From Octopus sinensis (Eukaryota), in NCBI RefSeq assembly GCF_006345805.1, contig NC_043008.1:18662001-18726000 (forward strand): a DNA stretch of 64,000 nucleotides. The letters run 5' to 3'. Positions within the stretch are counted from its first letter, which is position 1. Each line of letters begins with the position of its first letter. The notes below the pieces were generated by a model. The model was given only the letters and a program-made list of their open reading frames with translations, had not been told where the DNA came from and ran no database searches. A program made the position numbers and the translations under genes. Positions 51,270 to 64,000 of this stretch are shown here, piece by piece.

Positions 51270-51929
51270 CATCACCGGTTGTCGATGTTTTTCTTTATTA
51301 CATACATATAGCCTTAAAAGAGAGGGGACATTACAAAGACAGACAACATAAAAACGTTGGGTACATAAAATGTGTAAATGAAATGTGAGTGAAAAGAAAA
51401 TCAGAAGATGGAATATACGAGAATATATTATTAATCACAACAATTGTTTCGACACATCTAGCATCGACTCCTCTTGTGAGACACAGAATCTGGTTCAGGA
51501 GTATCCGATGTTGCAGATGTATTTCGTCGGGCGATAAATATATAAAAAATCTCGTTAAAATGACTGTTCCATAATGCAACTTTCCGTTTTGTAGAGAGAA
51601 AAACAGCTAGACGGAGGAAAATGCTTCATATATACAGAAGGTCCAAAAATAAAATTGCAGATGACAAAAAGAGAAACGAACATTTAATCAGCGAGAAAAG
51701 TATTGAAAATGACCGTTAACCGATATGGATGTATAAACGCCCTTGGACAAGCAGCATAGCATGAGTACACACGCTCATTCAAGCATTAGTAAAAATGTGA
51801 GCTAACGCACACGCGAGGTTAGGTGCACTCATAATTACAAAGCGAGTTAGATATTTAGTAGGTGTTTAGAGTGCATTTAAGTCATCGATAACTTAAAGTA
51901 AAATAAAATACACGGAGTTAACGGTTATT

Positions 51930-52500
51930 CAAAATTCATTCTCAGTGCATTGTGCGAAAATACATTTATATGCCTGTAGGCATATCGATATTCTTTCAGA
52001 AATTCTATTAAGTATATTTTCATTAGTCCACAGAATAGACGGGGATTCCTCGGAGCAGAGACGCCATCTCCTAAAAATTACACTATATGGCTTTGCATGT
52101 CTAACTATTGACCAAGTAATGTAGTATTTCGTATTAACCTCCTTCAGTCGCCATATAAAATCAGCCAAATATGTCGAATGTCTCTTTTTGATTGACCTAA
52201 AGCTGGCAACATGATTACAATAAAGATTCTTAAATGAATCAGCGGTCTGCCCAGTGTAAACATAGTGCCTCCCCTTGTTTGCACGGTACATTTATATACA
52301 AGATTTGTTCTCATACAGAGGTTCATCAAAGGACATTTTGATTTATCCCTGCATGAGCATTTATCGTTTTTATTTGTACATAAAGCAGTCCTAACTTCAT
52401 TTTCTGGCGTTGTTATCGTGCTAGCTGTACCATGAGTATTTCTACAACAACAAATTGGTCAAAGTTGATGATTATCAATGCGGTTTACATCTCTTTGGTT
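51930..52500 (-). pseudogene. Penelope-like element remnant: Cys-rich linker and GIY-YIG endonuclease
   Basis: KCSCRDKSKCPLMNLCMRTNLVYKCTV then frameshift to YVYTGQTADSFKNLYCNHVASFRSIKKRHSTYLADFIWRLKEVNTKYYITWSIVRHAKPYS..RWRLC, the typical PLE C-terminus. Confidence 0.85.
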
Positions 52501-53196
52501 GGGATTTCTATAAATATATATATATATACGCATGCTTGTATGTATGTATTTATGTATGTATGTATGCATGTATATATGTATGTATGTATGTATGTATGCA
52601 TGTATGAATGTATGCATGTATGTATGTATGTATGTATGCATATGCGTTGGTGTATAATTATTGCGGTCTTCAACAAATTTTATTCAGCAAAGAAACACGT
52701 AACAAAAACATTTTTAGATGATTATTCTGGACCATATTCATCATCTATTTCAATTACTCTTTCCCCTTTCCTTGGCAGACGGTCAGACGGCCATGTAAAG
52801 ATGTTTTTATTAAAAATTGTTATTGTTTTTGTTGAATAAAATTTGTTGAAAAAAAAAAAAAAGCCGCAATAATTCTGCACCAAACCAATTCATACATATA
52901 TATATATATATATATAATACATCATTACGCACGTTTCCACAAATTACATGTCTCTTAAGATCACATTCTGCATTCCTACGTTGTTGCGAAGCAAGTTTCT
53001 TAGTCACATGGAAACTATGTGAAGATATATACATTTGGAAATACCTATGTATTTCTGTGTGAAGTTGTATATCAGAATGTATGTGTGCGTGTGTGCGTAT
53101 GTGCCTGTATGTGTGCATGTATGAGTGTACTACGTGTGAGCACGTGCGTGCATGTGTGTGTGTATTGTTACCTAACTAATTCTATCGTGTGTGTGT

Positions 53197-53256
<60 letters not shown>

Positions 53257-53272
53257 TATATATATACACCTT

Positions 53273-53353
<81 letters not shown>

Positions 53354-55146
53354 GATAGGTATAGAAGGAGAAAGCTACAAAATAATCATATTTTTAATTT
53401 TCTATAAGGATCTCGTTTCTAGCAACCATATATTAGATTTAGGAAATTAAAACATATGACACATAAATGAAAATCCTTAGTATTTTACGATTCCATTTGT
53501 TAATGAGAAGTATTGAATTATTCATTGCCATTAGGGGCCTCTTGAACAATTAATGTAAATTTAATGAAAAAATAAATTTCCTTTACATTAATTAGTTTAA
53601 ATGTACAAAGATATTAATACTTCGGGTAAATTTCATATTAGCAAACAATAGAGAATTACAATAAATATTTCTACGTACAAATATACTCACACAGACACAC
53701 ACACATACACGCATGGGATAATATCCTTCTTCTTAGCCGCCCTATCCAATCTATTTCCTGACATTTAGCCATTTATTTAGTTTACTATCTTGAATAAAAT
53801 AACAATTCTGATCATTGAAATGTTTAATACATTCTAAAGCCTATCATACACACGCCATTTCGTTTAACGTTACTCCTTATATAAAGAATGTAAAAATAAG
53901 ATTTCTTTATTGATTCAACAGGCATATAGACGAAATTTCAAGGTTCAGTGAGCTCGATCAGAAAGAATAAACATATGGTATCACGCATTGCATAATTTTC
54001 TTCAAGACTGTAATTATTTTCTGTCAATGAGAAATGACTCTCTTCGTAAAATGTTTAATTAATGCATCTCAAATCGTCATTCTGACCATTTCTTAAGAGA
54101 ATGCAATAATGCTATACATCATTAGCAATGATTAGAAATTTTAAAATTCCTAATAGGTATGAAACATCGAAAATGAATATGTGTCTTCTATACATGTTTT
54201 GTCTTTATTTTTCCTTGTTTCTTAATTTTCAATTCAAAATTATGATCCTTTGAAATATATCGTAGAAATATAGAAATCTCCAGTGTATTGACTGCCAGTT
54301 AGGGATATTAAGTATATGCGTACGTGCGAGCGTGCGTGCGTGTGTAGCTACAATCAACATCTCAATCTTGAAAGAAGGAAAGCTGAGCCACTGCCCACAT
54401 GCGAGAAAGTTTTGCATGCAATCATTTCAGCACACCCAAACCCAGATCAAGACCACCAACAAGCAGAGTAACAGAAACTGATAAGTCGGGAGAGATAACC
54501 TCCCTTAAAACCATAACCCAAGTCATCGTTTTCACCACTATTATCATCATCAATATCAGCATTCCCGCTACACAACCATGATTATTGACACTGTTAATAT
54601 TTGTAATGTTAGTAGTAGTATGACTACTGTTGAGGTACCATTGGTACAACAGTACCATTGGCACTACTGCAACTCAAATTCTATGCGCTGCAAAAAATGA
54701 CTGAGATTGAGGCCGATTTATTCGAGGCGATTTGTGCTGGTATATTAGTCTGGAGATTAGGGAGCTAAGCAAGAGTATGTGATTGCTTGACTTTGACCAA
54801 AAACCATTCATGATCTACTTCGGAAAATCCCGGCCAATATTCCTTTCTACCGATCTATCTACCTATCTATTTATATATGTATCTATCTATCTATTTATCT
54901 ATGCTAGTTTAATAGGTTTGTATTGTTAATAAACAAAGCATTGTTTGAGAAACCAGTCTTCACGTCAAAACTTTGAATAGTCAATGTTAATATATAAAAG
55001 ATATATGTGCGTATATCGATCTATATTGTGTTGGTGCATATGTATATCTAACTAAACATATATATGTATGTATAGATATGTGTGTATATAGAGAGATAGA
55101 GAGATAGATAGATATCTGTATATATATAGATGTATATATAGAGATG

Positions 55147-55177
<31 letters not shown>

Positions 55178-55201
55178 TATATATATAATATATAATATAT
55201 A

Positions 55202-55233
<32 letters not shown>

Positions 55234-56099
55234 AAGGTCTTGCTTCTAGTCTAGAAAGTAAAAATATTTCAAAGCAGTATATATTTTTATGCACCATCTT
55301 TGAAATATTTTCATTTCCACCGATGTGGTTGGTAGATCAAACATAAAAACAAGAACAAAGATACTGATTCGTTACCTTCCAAAATATTTCATGATATTGA
55401 TATTGTTAAAACAACAACTCAGAATCTTTGTTCTGTTGTCTTATCTATGTTTAATCTTCCAACTGCGTCACTAGAGTTTTCTAATACACTTATTTTATAT
55501 ATATATATATATATATTCTGCAATGCTTCAAGCAAATTATAACACTCATCTAATCCTATTCATTTTTCCTACGAATGATTTCTGAATTATTTATTCTATT
55601 TATATTCTGAGCAATGTTTTTGTTCTACACAATCACTGTTTAATCTTTAATCTTATGCATTTACTACATTCGGAATATGCAATGAATAGTATGTTTCGCT
55701 GTTAAGGTCATAATAATCTGAACCATATCTGTTATTCTATTCTCCACTGCTGAAAAGAAAAAGAAAATCTATATCAGAGATAGACTGGTATTACTTTTAC
55801 CCCAAGACATAAATATTTACAATAAGCTTTCAATATTATCTGAATTATTGTTAACTAACATAACGCAGTCCTGGAATACCCACCAAATCACTTGGAGCAG
55901 AGGAAGGGCAACCTCTGTATCATGTACTCATTCTGCCCAGTACTCATCCGTTTTAGCCTCACACAAAACCTACAATTGTAAAAAATATCCAGTAGAAATA
56001 GAGAATTACAGTACAAACTGTTATATAGGACTTTATACTTATCCATACTCTATGTTGAAGTGCTTAATATGATAGTCAGCTAAGCAGAGACATGTGAAA

Positions 56100-56400
56100 A
56101 GATGAGTTGAAGGTAGATCATGAAATACGTTCTATGGACATCTATGGTACAAACCAAAGCATCATCACTAAAAAATACTGAAAACGAAATTGGACTGGAT
56201 CTGTCACATTCCCAAGAGACCTACAAGAAGCATTGTTGGCAACCCAAAAGCAAGACGAAATTTGGAATACCTAAGAAGACTTTGAAAGGAAGCGTGGCTG
56301 ACGTTGCGAAAGCTATCGGTCTTTCTCAGTCTAAAATCAAGGCGGTAACCTAAGATCGCGTCCTCTGTTGTCATAAAATAATCACGGTCCTATGCTTCTT
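56100..56400 (+). pseudogene. RTE/L2-like LINE RT C-terminal remnant
   Basis: HCWQPKSKTKFGIPKKTLKGSVADVAKAIGLSQSKIKAVT*DR resembles W.P.GKR..GRPK.TW...V......GL......A.DR. Confidence 0.45.
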
Positions 56401-56499
56401 ACGGAGTGATGTAGAATAATTCGAAGAGTTTGATCAAGATTGACCTGAAACTATGCATAAACTACATATACCTGACCATCTACATTCTGGACATTACAC

Positions 56500-56591
56500 A
56501 TGGTTTTTGTGTTGTCTTCAAACTTTCGACCCCAACTTACATTTTCGATGTTGTTATTATTATTATTATTATTATTGTTGTTGTTGTTATT

Positions 56592-56627
<36 letters not shown>

Positions 56628-56737
56628 ATAATTATTATTATTATTGTTATTATTACTATTATTAGTGCTCAGGTCACTGCTTGGAATGGAACTCGGAATC
56701 TTGGGGTTAGTAGCCCGCGCTCTTAACAACTACGCCC
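56500..56737 (-). mobile_element. SINE family F copy with expanded (AAT/AAC)n linker
   Basis: Head ggcgtagttgttaagagcgcgggctactaaccccaagattccgagttccattcc matches 26461-26537. Confidence 0.75.
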
Positions 56738-56953
56738 GTGGGATCTTCTTATAAATATTGCTGTACCTTTTCCACTTTCTTCACACTATGCTTCCTTCTC
56801 CATCACATCAATCACATCACTCACATCATTCACATCATTCACATCACACCCCGCTGAAGTTTCCTCCCTTTTTGTCCAACATCCACCGCAGTCATCAACT
56901 TAAAATATTTCAATACTCATTTACTGTTTGGCATTCAAACACATAAATCTTTT

Positions 56954-57366
56954 AGGCGTAAGAGTGGCTGTGTGGTAAATAGCTTGCTTAAAAACCACAT
57001 GGTTCCAGGTTCAGTCTCACTGCATGGCACCTTGGCAAGTGTCTTCTCCTATAGCCCTCGGGCTAACCAAAGCTTTCTGAGTGGATTTGGTAGACGGAGA
57101 CTAAAAGAAACCCGTCGTATATATGTATGTGTGTGTGTATGTGTGTGTGTGTGTTTGTGTTTGCCCCCCGCACCAACATCGCTTGACAACCGATGCTGCT
57201 GTGTTTACATCCCCGTAACTTAGCGGTTCGGCAAAAGAGACCGATAGAGTAAGTACTAGGCTTACAAAGAATAAGTCCTGGGGTCGATTTGTTCGACTAA
57301 AGGCAGTGCTGAAGCATGGCCGCAGCCAAATAAGTGAAACAAGTAAAATAGTAAAAGAGAGTAAAG
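56954..57366 (+). mobile_element. Full-length tRNA-derived SINE, family A
   Basis: aggcgtaagagtggctgtgtgg (A box) ..ggttcagtc (B box) ..aagtaaaa tail. Confidence 0.92.
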
Positions 57367-57880
57367 AAACGAAAAATGAAAACGAAAACGAAAACTGTGA
57401 AAAATAAAGAAAAAATGAAACATCAAATATATTTGTGAACCACGCCGAAATTAACCAATAACCATTGAATAAAATAATACTGAGTGACTGCACTGATTGT
57501 AACGGGTTAGTGATAAATTGGCCAGTCTCTGAAACTGATCTTCAACGGACTAACAGCTTAAAATCGATTCCATGTGAAATTAGTGCATAAAACTACATAA
57601 GCAAAGTAAGATTACGTTTCACCATTCGAATGAATATAATATCTGACATCGAAGGAATATATTTGTTTATGGAGAGGTTCTCTTTAACTATATCTTTGTT
57701 GTAAACGAGCACGCAGCATTGTGATTATAAACAATTGAAAAACAAAAAACAACTAGAGAAACTGCAACGGGAGAAAAAAGAGAAAACAACTGTTACAAGA
57801 CCGATAGCTTTCTGCAAACATGAAAAGAATGATACACACATCGCACATACACATCGACCTCCTGTACATAAGCACACTCA

Positions 57881-57919
<39 letters not shown>

Positions 57920-57953
57920 TTGTGTGTAGCGTGTGTGCGTGTGTGTGTCTGTA

Positions 57954-57993
<40 letters not shown>

Positions 57994-58025
57994 TTGTGTG
58001 TAGCGTGTGTGCGTGTGTGTGTCTG

Positions 58026-58058
<33 letters not shown>

Positions 58059-58064
<6 letters not shown>

Positions 58065-58532
58065 AATATAAGAGAGTGATCACTATATGGCTCACTCTAG
58101 CACCAGTTAATCCAAAAGGTTTCAACCACAAAAATACATGTTTCCCATGAAAGTCAGTACGATTGTTAGCTCACACGGACAGGGCAAATAAAAAATAACA
58201 AAAATACAGATTATTTTGGGACAATTGTTTCGCTATTAATGAATTAAATGTAATTTAAATGTAATTTTACTTACTATTAATGAATTAAATGTAATTTAAA
58301 TGTAATTTTACTTACAAAAAAATCCACTTGTAGCTCCTTACATTTAATTCATTAATAGCGAAACAATTGTCCCAAAATAATCTGTATTTTTGTTATTTTT
58401 TATTTGCCCTGTCCGTGTGAGCTAACAATCGTACTGACTTTCATGGGAAACATGTATTTTTGTGGTTGAAACCTTTTGGATTAACTGGTGCTAGAGTGAG
58501 CCATATAGTGACCACTCTCTTATATTTATTTT
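58059..58532. repeat. Near-perfect fold-back, 195-bp arms, with a tandem 41-mer at the centre
   Basis: 58059-58253 / 58338-58532, one mismatch seen. The 41-mer occupies 58233-73 and 58274-314. Confidence 0.93.
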
Positions 58533-58928
58533 GTAAAAATATTATAATATATTATAAAATATTATAATAATCCAGGTTTCTCGGAGCACTAGGCCACTTG
58601 GTGTAGAATAGATATACTATTAAATTAGTATCTAATTCTCTCACCCTTATTAATTAATTATATATATATATATATATGTCTATATGTAAATATATACATA
58701 TGAATATATATACATAAGATACATATATAGGGTAGCGAATATTGGTTATAAATATCACCACCAGTGACTTAGCATGTATAAATAGTCAATAGACAACATA
58801 TTCTTATGTTAAAATAGTGTACATTTAAACACAAGAGAAAACAACCCTTTAACAGGCAATTTTTACACGATTTAATAGCAATTTTCGAAGGAGATGGTAA
58901 ATCAAAACTTTTACCTTGTTATTTTTTT

Positions 58929-59001
58929 GCGGTTATACCATGGTTTCAAATTTCTTGTGTAAATAAGATTATCTGCCAGGCGAATTCTCATCAGTAACCG
59001 C
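58929..59001 (-). ncRNA. Type I hammerhead ribozyme with intact core
   Basis: Minus: GCGGUUA-CUGAUGA-GAAUU(C..29 nt)AAUUU-GAAA-CCAUGG-UA/UAACCGC. Confidence 0.82.
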
Positions 59002-59085
59002 CCTTGCGCGCCGAGTTTTGAAAAATTGTAACATATAACGATGGGACACGTGTTTGTCTCTGAATTATAAGTTAGATATTATGGC

Positions 59086-59193
59086 CGGTTACTGATGAGA
59101 ATTCGCCTGGCAGATAATCTTATTTGCTAAATTAGCTATTAAAGTGTGGCAGATAATCTTATTTCCTGAAGAAATTTGAAACCATGTTATAAC
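59086..59193 (+). ncRNA. Divergent second copy of the 58929 hammerhead, with an insertion in loop II and damaged stem III
   Basis: cggtta-ctgatga-gaattc.. 21-nt insert flanked by duplicated tggcagataatcttattt ..gaaattt-gaaa-ccatgTta-taac. Confidence 0.7.
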
Positions 59194-59201
59194 AACAGCA
59201 A

Positions 59202-59364
59202 CGAAAACTACCTTAGGAATGAGAACTCAGGTTCGAAATTTCCTCAAGACATCTGACGAAGCCGAAACGTTGGGTTAACAACAAAGAAGATGAGGACAAA
59301 TATCTGCCAAATGTAAATAAGGTAAATAATGTAAATAATTCCTCATCTTTTAAATATAGAACTG
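59202..59364 (+). mobile_element. 3' half of family F element with a stem-II-deleted hammerhead (59248-59276)
   Basis: Reverse complement of 26274-26430; gacat-ctgacga-agcc-gaaac-gtt-gggtt. Confidence 0.8.
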
Positions 59365-60114
59365 AAGTTCTATTGCAAAGATTTTGGGTAAGCTTCTCGG
59401 TTTGAGTATAACTATGTTCTTCCTTTTCGCCACCAATCCGGAATAAAATAGTACCAGTGACCCTGATCTCCCTATATGATTATAGTAACCTGTATAAGGA
59501 ATCTGAAGAATCTAATTTATATGATACAAGTCAAGGCGTTTGCGATTGCAAAACTCGGCTTATTTCTATGAACCAATACAATATATGCGTATATGTGTTG
59601 ATCGTAACACTTCTTCTGAAACTCACTCAACAGAAAGATACGTACTTGTTCAGAACCGAATGCATACTGAAACGATGATGGAATAGATTAGACGACTAGA
59701 CAGATAATCCTATTAATCAACACTATTCAAAATATTTTGGCAACAATTGACGGCTTTAACGTGTATCAGGTTTTGGAAAGATGTCTTGTTTTATATATTT
59801 ACTTTATTTATTTATTTATTTATTTATTTGAGTAAATCTGAAAGTGAAGTTACCATATATATGCCTATGAATGTTATTTAACCCGTTCCTGGCCATTGCG
59901 TATGAGAAATCTTTCCACGGTTGACTCTTGTCATTTCCTTTATAAAACTCATCTACCGTAGCTGTTTATGAGCGTAAGTTTATGAGCGTGCATCTCACGC
60001 ATGAATTTACGGGTTCCTTCTCACTACCTGATGCCTTTGGTAAGTATATTTCATTAGCCTTCTGTTGACCCAAGACCAAAACTTATACAAACGTGTAAAA
60101 TTCCCTCAAATAAT

Positions 60115-60150
<36 letters not shown>

Positions 60151-60351
60151 CAAACTACAGATTTTTTTTCTGTAGTAGTTTACTTGAAGACACACGAGGA
60201 TGGGCAGGGGGAGGTAATTGAACCACATTCATGTTTTGAATTCGACGGTACTAACACTGAATATTATTTGTCTGATACCGTTAGGTGGAGAGATATGTTC
60301 AATTATTCCAGTGCCTTCGAATTTACTATTTCAATATTTAATTATTCATGG

Positions 60352-60442
60352 GGTCCTATGCTGATGAGGAAAACGGTTGGTAAAGTATAATTCTATATTC
60401 TTTATTCAAATCTAATTCCGAAACGCGCGTCCATAGGTGACC
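60352..60442 (+). ncRNA. Type I hammerhead ribozyme with intact core
   Basis: ggtcctatg-ctgatga(60361-67)-ggaa..44 nt..ttcc-gaaa(60420-23)-cgcgcg-tc/catagg-tgacc. GUC cleavage site at 60431. Confidence 0.82.
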
Positions 60443-60625
60443 AGATATTGATTGATTTTCGTTACTTTACCTCTCTGCCTGTGTGGATTGTTTTCAAGTA
60501 TTTTGGTTTTTTCTGGGAGTCCCTTTTTAAAGTAGAAGAAATAGCTAGCTAACGTTTTTTGGCTGCTATTTCTAAACTTCGGTATGTGGTAAAGCAAATC
60601 TTTGCTGAACCCTAGTTATTAAGTA

Positions 60626-60626
60626 C

Positions 60627-60705
<79 letters not shown>

Positions 60706-60718
60706 CTAGCTAGCTAGC

Positions 60719-60804
<86 letters not shown>

Positions 60805-60835
60805 GATAGATAGATAGATAGATATAGATATAGAT
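60626..60835. repeat. (GATA)n tetranucleotide tract
   Basis: Interrupted GATA/GCTA run. Other GATA tracts lie at 17931-17978 and 53256-53355. Confidence 0.92.
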
Positions 60836-62043
60836 ATATAAAATATATATGCACCATCCCATCACACATCTACACTCGTACATATACAAACATATGCATA
60901 TCCGTATAAATAAATATATATATATATAAATGTGTGTGTATGTGTGTGGATGTGTTTATGTATGAGTACGTACATACATATATATATGGGGGGTGTATGT
61001 TCATGTACGTGTATTTGCTCGTGTAAGTATGCAACACTGTCACATTCAATAACGATGATCTACATAAGGTTGCTTGTGACTATGGAGTACTCAACCAGTT
61101 GACACACTAAATCAAGAACCAGGATGTGCGCATGGCTGAAGGTTTCGGAGCTCATACGTTGAAATCGACGATAGAGTCCACAACTGTGAGCATGCTATAA
61201 ATCGCTAACTGATACATCTAAGCTTAACAGACATTTTACTCATATAAGCAATCATCGGGCAAATGTAAAATGGCTTTCATGAATAGATCATATATTTGTT
61301 TATGCGTTTTCTACGATGTATTGATTATGTTATGTCTGTTTTATGATGTTATAAAACCGTTTTACGGTCATTCAGGAACATACTTAGATCAATGTTCCGC
61401 AGTAAGATCAGGCGTAGACAGCTTGTCTAAGGATTGGCTATTGTTCAGGATCATACAAAGATGTGCTTTTGTGCGTGCGATAGTATATGTGTGCATATAT
61501 GAGTGTGTATGTATGTGTGTGTACGTGTGTGTGTTTGTGTGTGTGGTGGATGTGTATGCGGCTGTGTGTGTACGCAAGAATACTAAAGGCCTCCATAATT
61601 CTCATGCATAAGCTTGTGAAATTACTAATAAACAACCGAATCTTTCCTACTGGACATAAATAATTTTGTAAAGAATTTTTTCTTCAATAAGAAACAAAAA
61701 ATGTTTTCTTTTCGGGGGTTTTTTTAAAACTTACTCTTAAACTACGTCGAAATATATATATTTTTTTTTCAGAAACATCTCATCGTTGTATAGGATCGTC
61801 GATCGTCACATTTAAAATTCTAAATATGAACACAGGAAAAAAAAAAGGTCACGTGGTATTATGTTGTATCATCTGTCATTTATACAAGCCAAAACAAATT
61901 CAAAAACTAAACAAAATCTATTTTTCAGTACTGAACCGTGGAAAAAATATATTTGCACTTTAATATTGAATTGGAAAAAAATGTTTTTATATAATCAGGA
62001 ATAATGTTATCTGGGAGTGCCACGTCAGTATTGTTGAGAGAAA

Positions 62044-62085
<42 letters not shown>

Positions 62086-62100
62086 ATCTTTCTCTTTCTT

Positions 62101-62139
<39 letters not shown>

Positions 62140-63032
62140 CATATATATATAATAATATATATATGCATGTATTCATAGGTATACGTAAGTACTTACATGT
62201 ATACGTATATACATATACGTCCTGTGGGCACAGGACGTCACAAAACATAAATGGAAAACAAGACAAGCAACACAAAAAACGACACTTCGTCAATTGTCAG
62301 CTTTTTTCTAATCCGTATTTGGAGCAATTCGCAAGATACACCTTCGATAAAATGGTTGCTCCCGCAAAGCAAATTAAATAAAATTTGCGATTTTACGGAG
62401 GGTCAAGTTTGGTGACAAAAATAGAACAGTGAAAATAAACAGGAAGGGCTGCTGAGCCTAAACGCGGTTGTGGTGGCGAACGCGTAAAAACAAGTCTCGA
62501 CAGGAGACGGAGAACAATACGATTTCCCTGTTCATCTGAAAGAGGACGAAAGAAAGAAACACAAGTTAGGAGAAGAAAGAAAAATGGCCGATGGACACGT
62601 GCGGGCCACGTGAGCAAAGGAGGAAGAATGAGGGAGAGAGAGTGACAGACAGGGAACTGTGAAGCGAAGTGGATAAGATTTGGAAACAGGGCAAGAGAGA
62701 AAAAAGAGAGAGGGAGAAGACGAAGCAAAAGAATAAGAGAATTCTGTTGTCGATAACCTGAATATCTGCATATTGCAAGTTCTTCCTCATAAGACAAGTT
62801 TAGTAATTGTACTTTTAATATAGTAAACATTAACACCTACACACTCATTCATTTAGCCTCTGTACAACCAACCAATGAAGAAAACAATGCAAAGCTGCTG
62901 CGATCTAGCGTTAGAATCGAGAAAGACCGACGTCAAAGACAGCCGCTGTAATGACGTGACTGTTGCATAAATCCATCGTATTGGACTCGTAATTTCTATA
63001 TTAACGTTGAGCCGAGTATATTTAGCAAGCTA

Positions 63033-63033
63033 T

Positions 63034-63102
<69 letters not shown>

Positions 63103-63151
63103 GAGAGAGATAGAGAGATAGATAGATAGATAGAGAGATAGAGAGACAGAC

Positions 63152-63194
<43 letters not shown>

Positions 63195-63211
63195 GAGATA
63201 GAGAGACAGAC

Positions 63212-63283
<72 letters not shown>
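63033..63283. repeat. (GATA)n tract with a duplicated gagatagagagacagaca block
   Basis: Source of the LSIY-repeat ORF. Confidence 0.92.
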
Positions 63284-64000
63284 TCAGTTGAATTAGGTAC
63301 TTACGTTGAAGCACCAAGTCAGTCTGTTATTATCTGCACAGCTCGAAGTAAGGCAAATAAAATCAAAATAAGCTACAGGATATCAAGCAGTAATGCAGTA
63401 CGACTGCTTCAAACGCCTCAACTTAATTGAACAATGCAATCATTACATCAGCATAAATATAGTGCCATCTTAGGCTGTACAAATAAATATATGGAATTTT
63501 AACAAGTAGGACACAATATAATTTTTGTTAAATATTTTAACAGACTAGAAGATGGAAGGAATTCATCTTGTCGCTATTGTAGCTAAGTATTTCTTAAAAT
63601 TCCATTTATTTATTTGTGCAGTTGAAGATGTCACTGCATTTAAATTGATGTAATGATTGCATTGTTCAATTAAATGGAGCCGCTCGAAACGGTCGTACTG
63701 CACAACTACTTTATATCCTGTTGCTTATTTTGATTTATATATATATATACTTTTTCATTTTCCCGAACGTCAAACTAATTCATTTGCTTCGTCTTCTGTT
63801 TTTCTATAAATTTCAACAGTATATATGCGTGTATGTGTGTGTGTTTGTGCTTGTATATATATATGTGTATGAATGCATGTATTTTTACCTATGTATCTGT
63901 GAGTAAGCTCATATGTTTGACGATTCCACATGATTTAGGTGCATCAAATTTGATGATCACGTTGTTACAAGAAAAGATGTATGCATAATTTTTTTACACA

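Noticed and set aside
60184-60390. 68-aa ORF MKTHEDGQ..
   Set aside because: Non-ATG start, no recognised homology, and its 3' end overlaps the 60352 hammerhead.
62393-62836. 147-aa ORF / purine-rich block
   Set aside because: Composition-driven (Leu/Phe/Ser from CT-rich sequence) with no recognisable domain. The ctgaaagaggacgaaag segment does not fit the CUGANGA core.

Overview
AT-rich, microsatellite-dense eukaryotic DNA. The SINE families look like those I know from Octopus genomes, so a cephalopod origin is an inference. There is no full-length gene: almost every ORF in the supplied track is a translation of a microsatellite, and only two short candidate terminal exons were seen. The main result is at 1-3947, a ~490-bp tandem array (5 units in one orientation, a fold-back junction at ~2497, then 3 inverted units). 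Every unit encodes a complete type I hammerhead ribozyme (HHR) fold: 8-bp stem I, CUGAAGA, 5-bp stem II with a ~57-nt insert, GAAA, near-palindromic stem III and a GUA cleavage site. Seven cores are intact and one has G5A. This looks like a retrozyme/ribozyme-satellite that would process read-through transcripts into ~490-nt monomers, possibly circular RNAs. About 13 more HHR or HHR-derived motifs from other families are scattered through the window. Two of them have intact cores (58929-59001, 60352-60442). Many sit in fold-back or inverted-end insertions next to (TA)n, as expected for non-autonomous elements moved by Penelope-like elements (PLEs), and a decayed PLE GIY-YIG domain is present at ~51930-52500. 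The rest is tRNA-derived SINEs, a non-autonomous Helitron, a mariner-type MITE, and decayed maT/mariner, Chapaev-like, R2-Hero-like, R4/Dong-like and RTE-like fragments. All RNA structures were folded by eye. Catalytic activity and novelty are untested. Dispersed-repeat boundaries are approximate.
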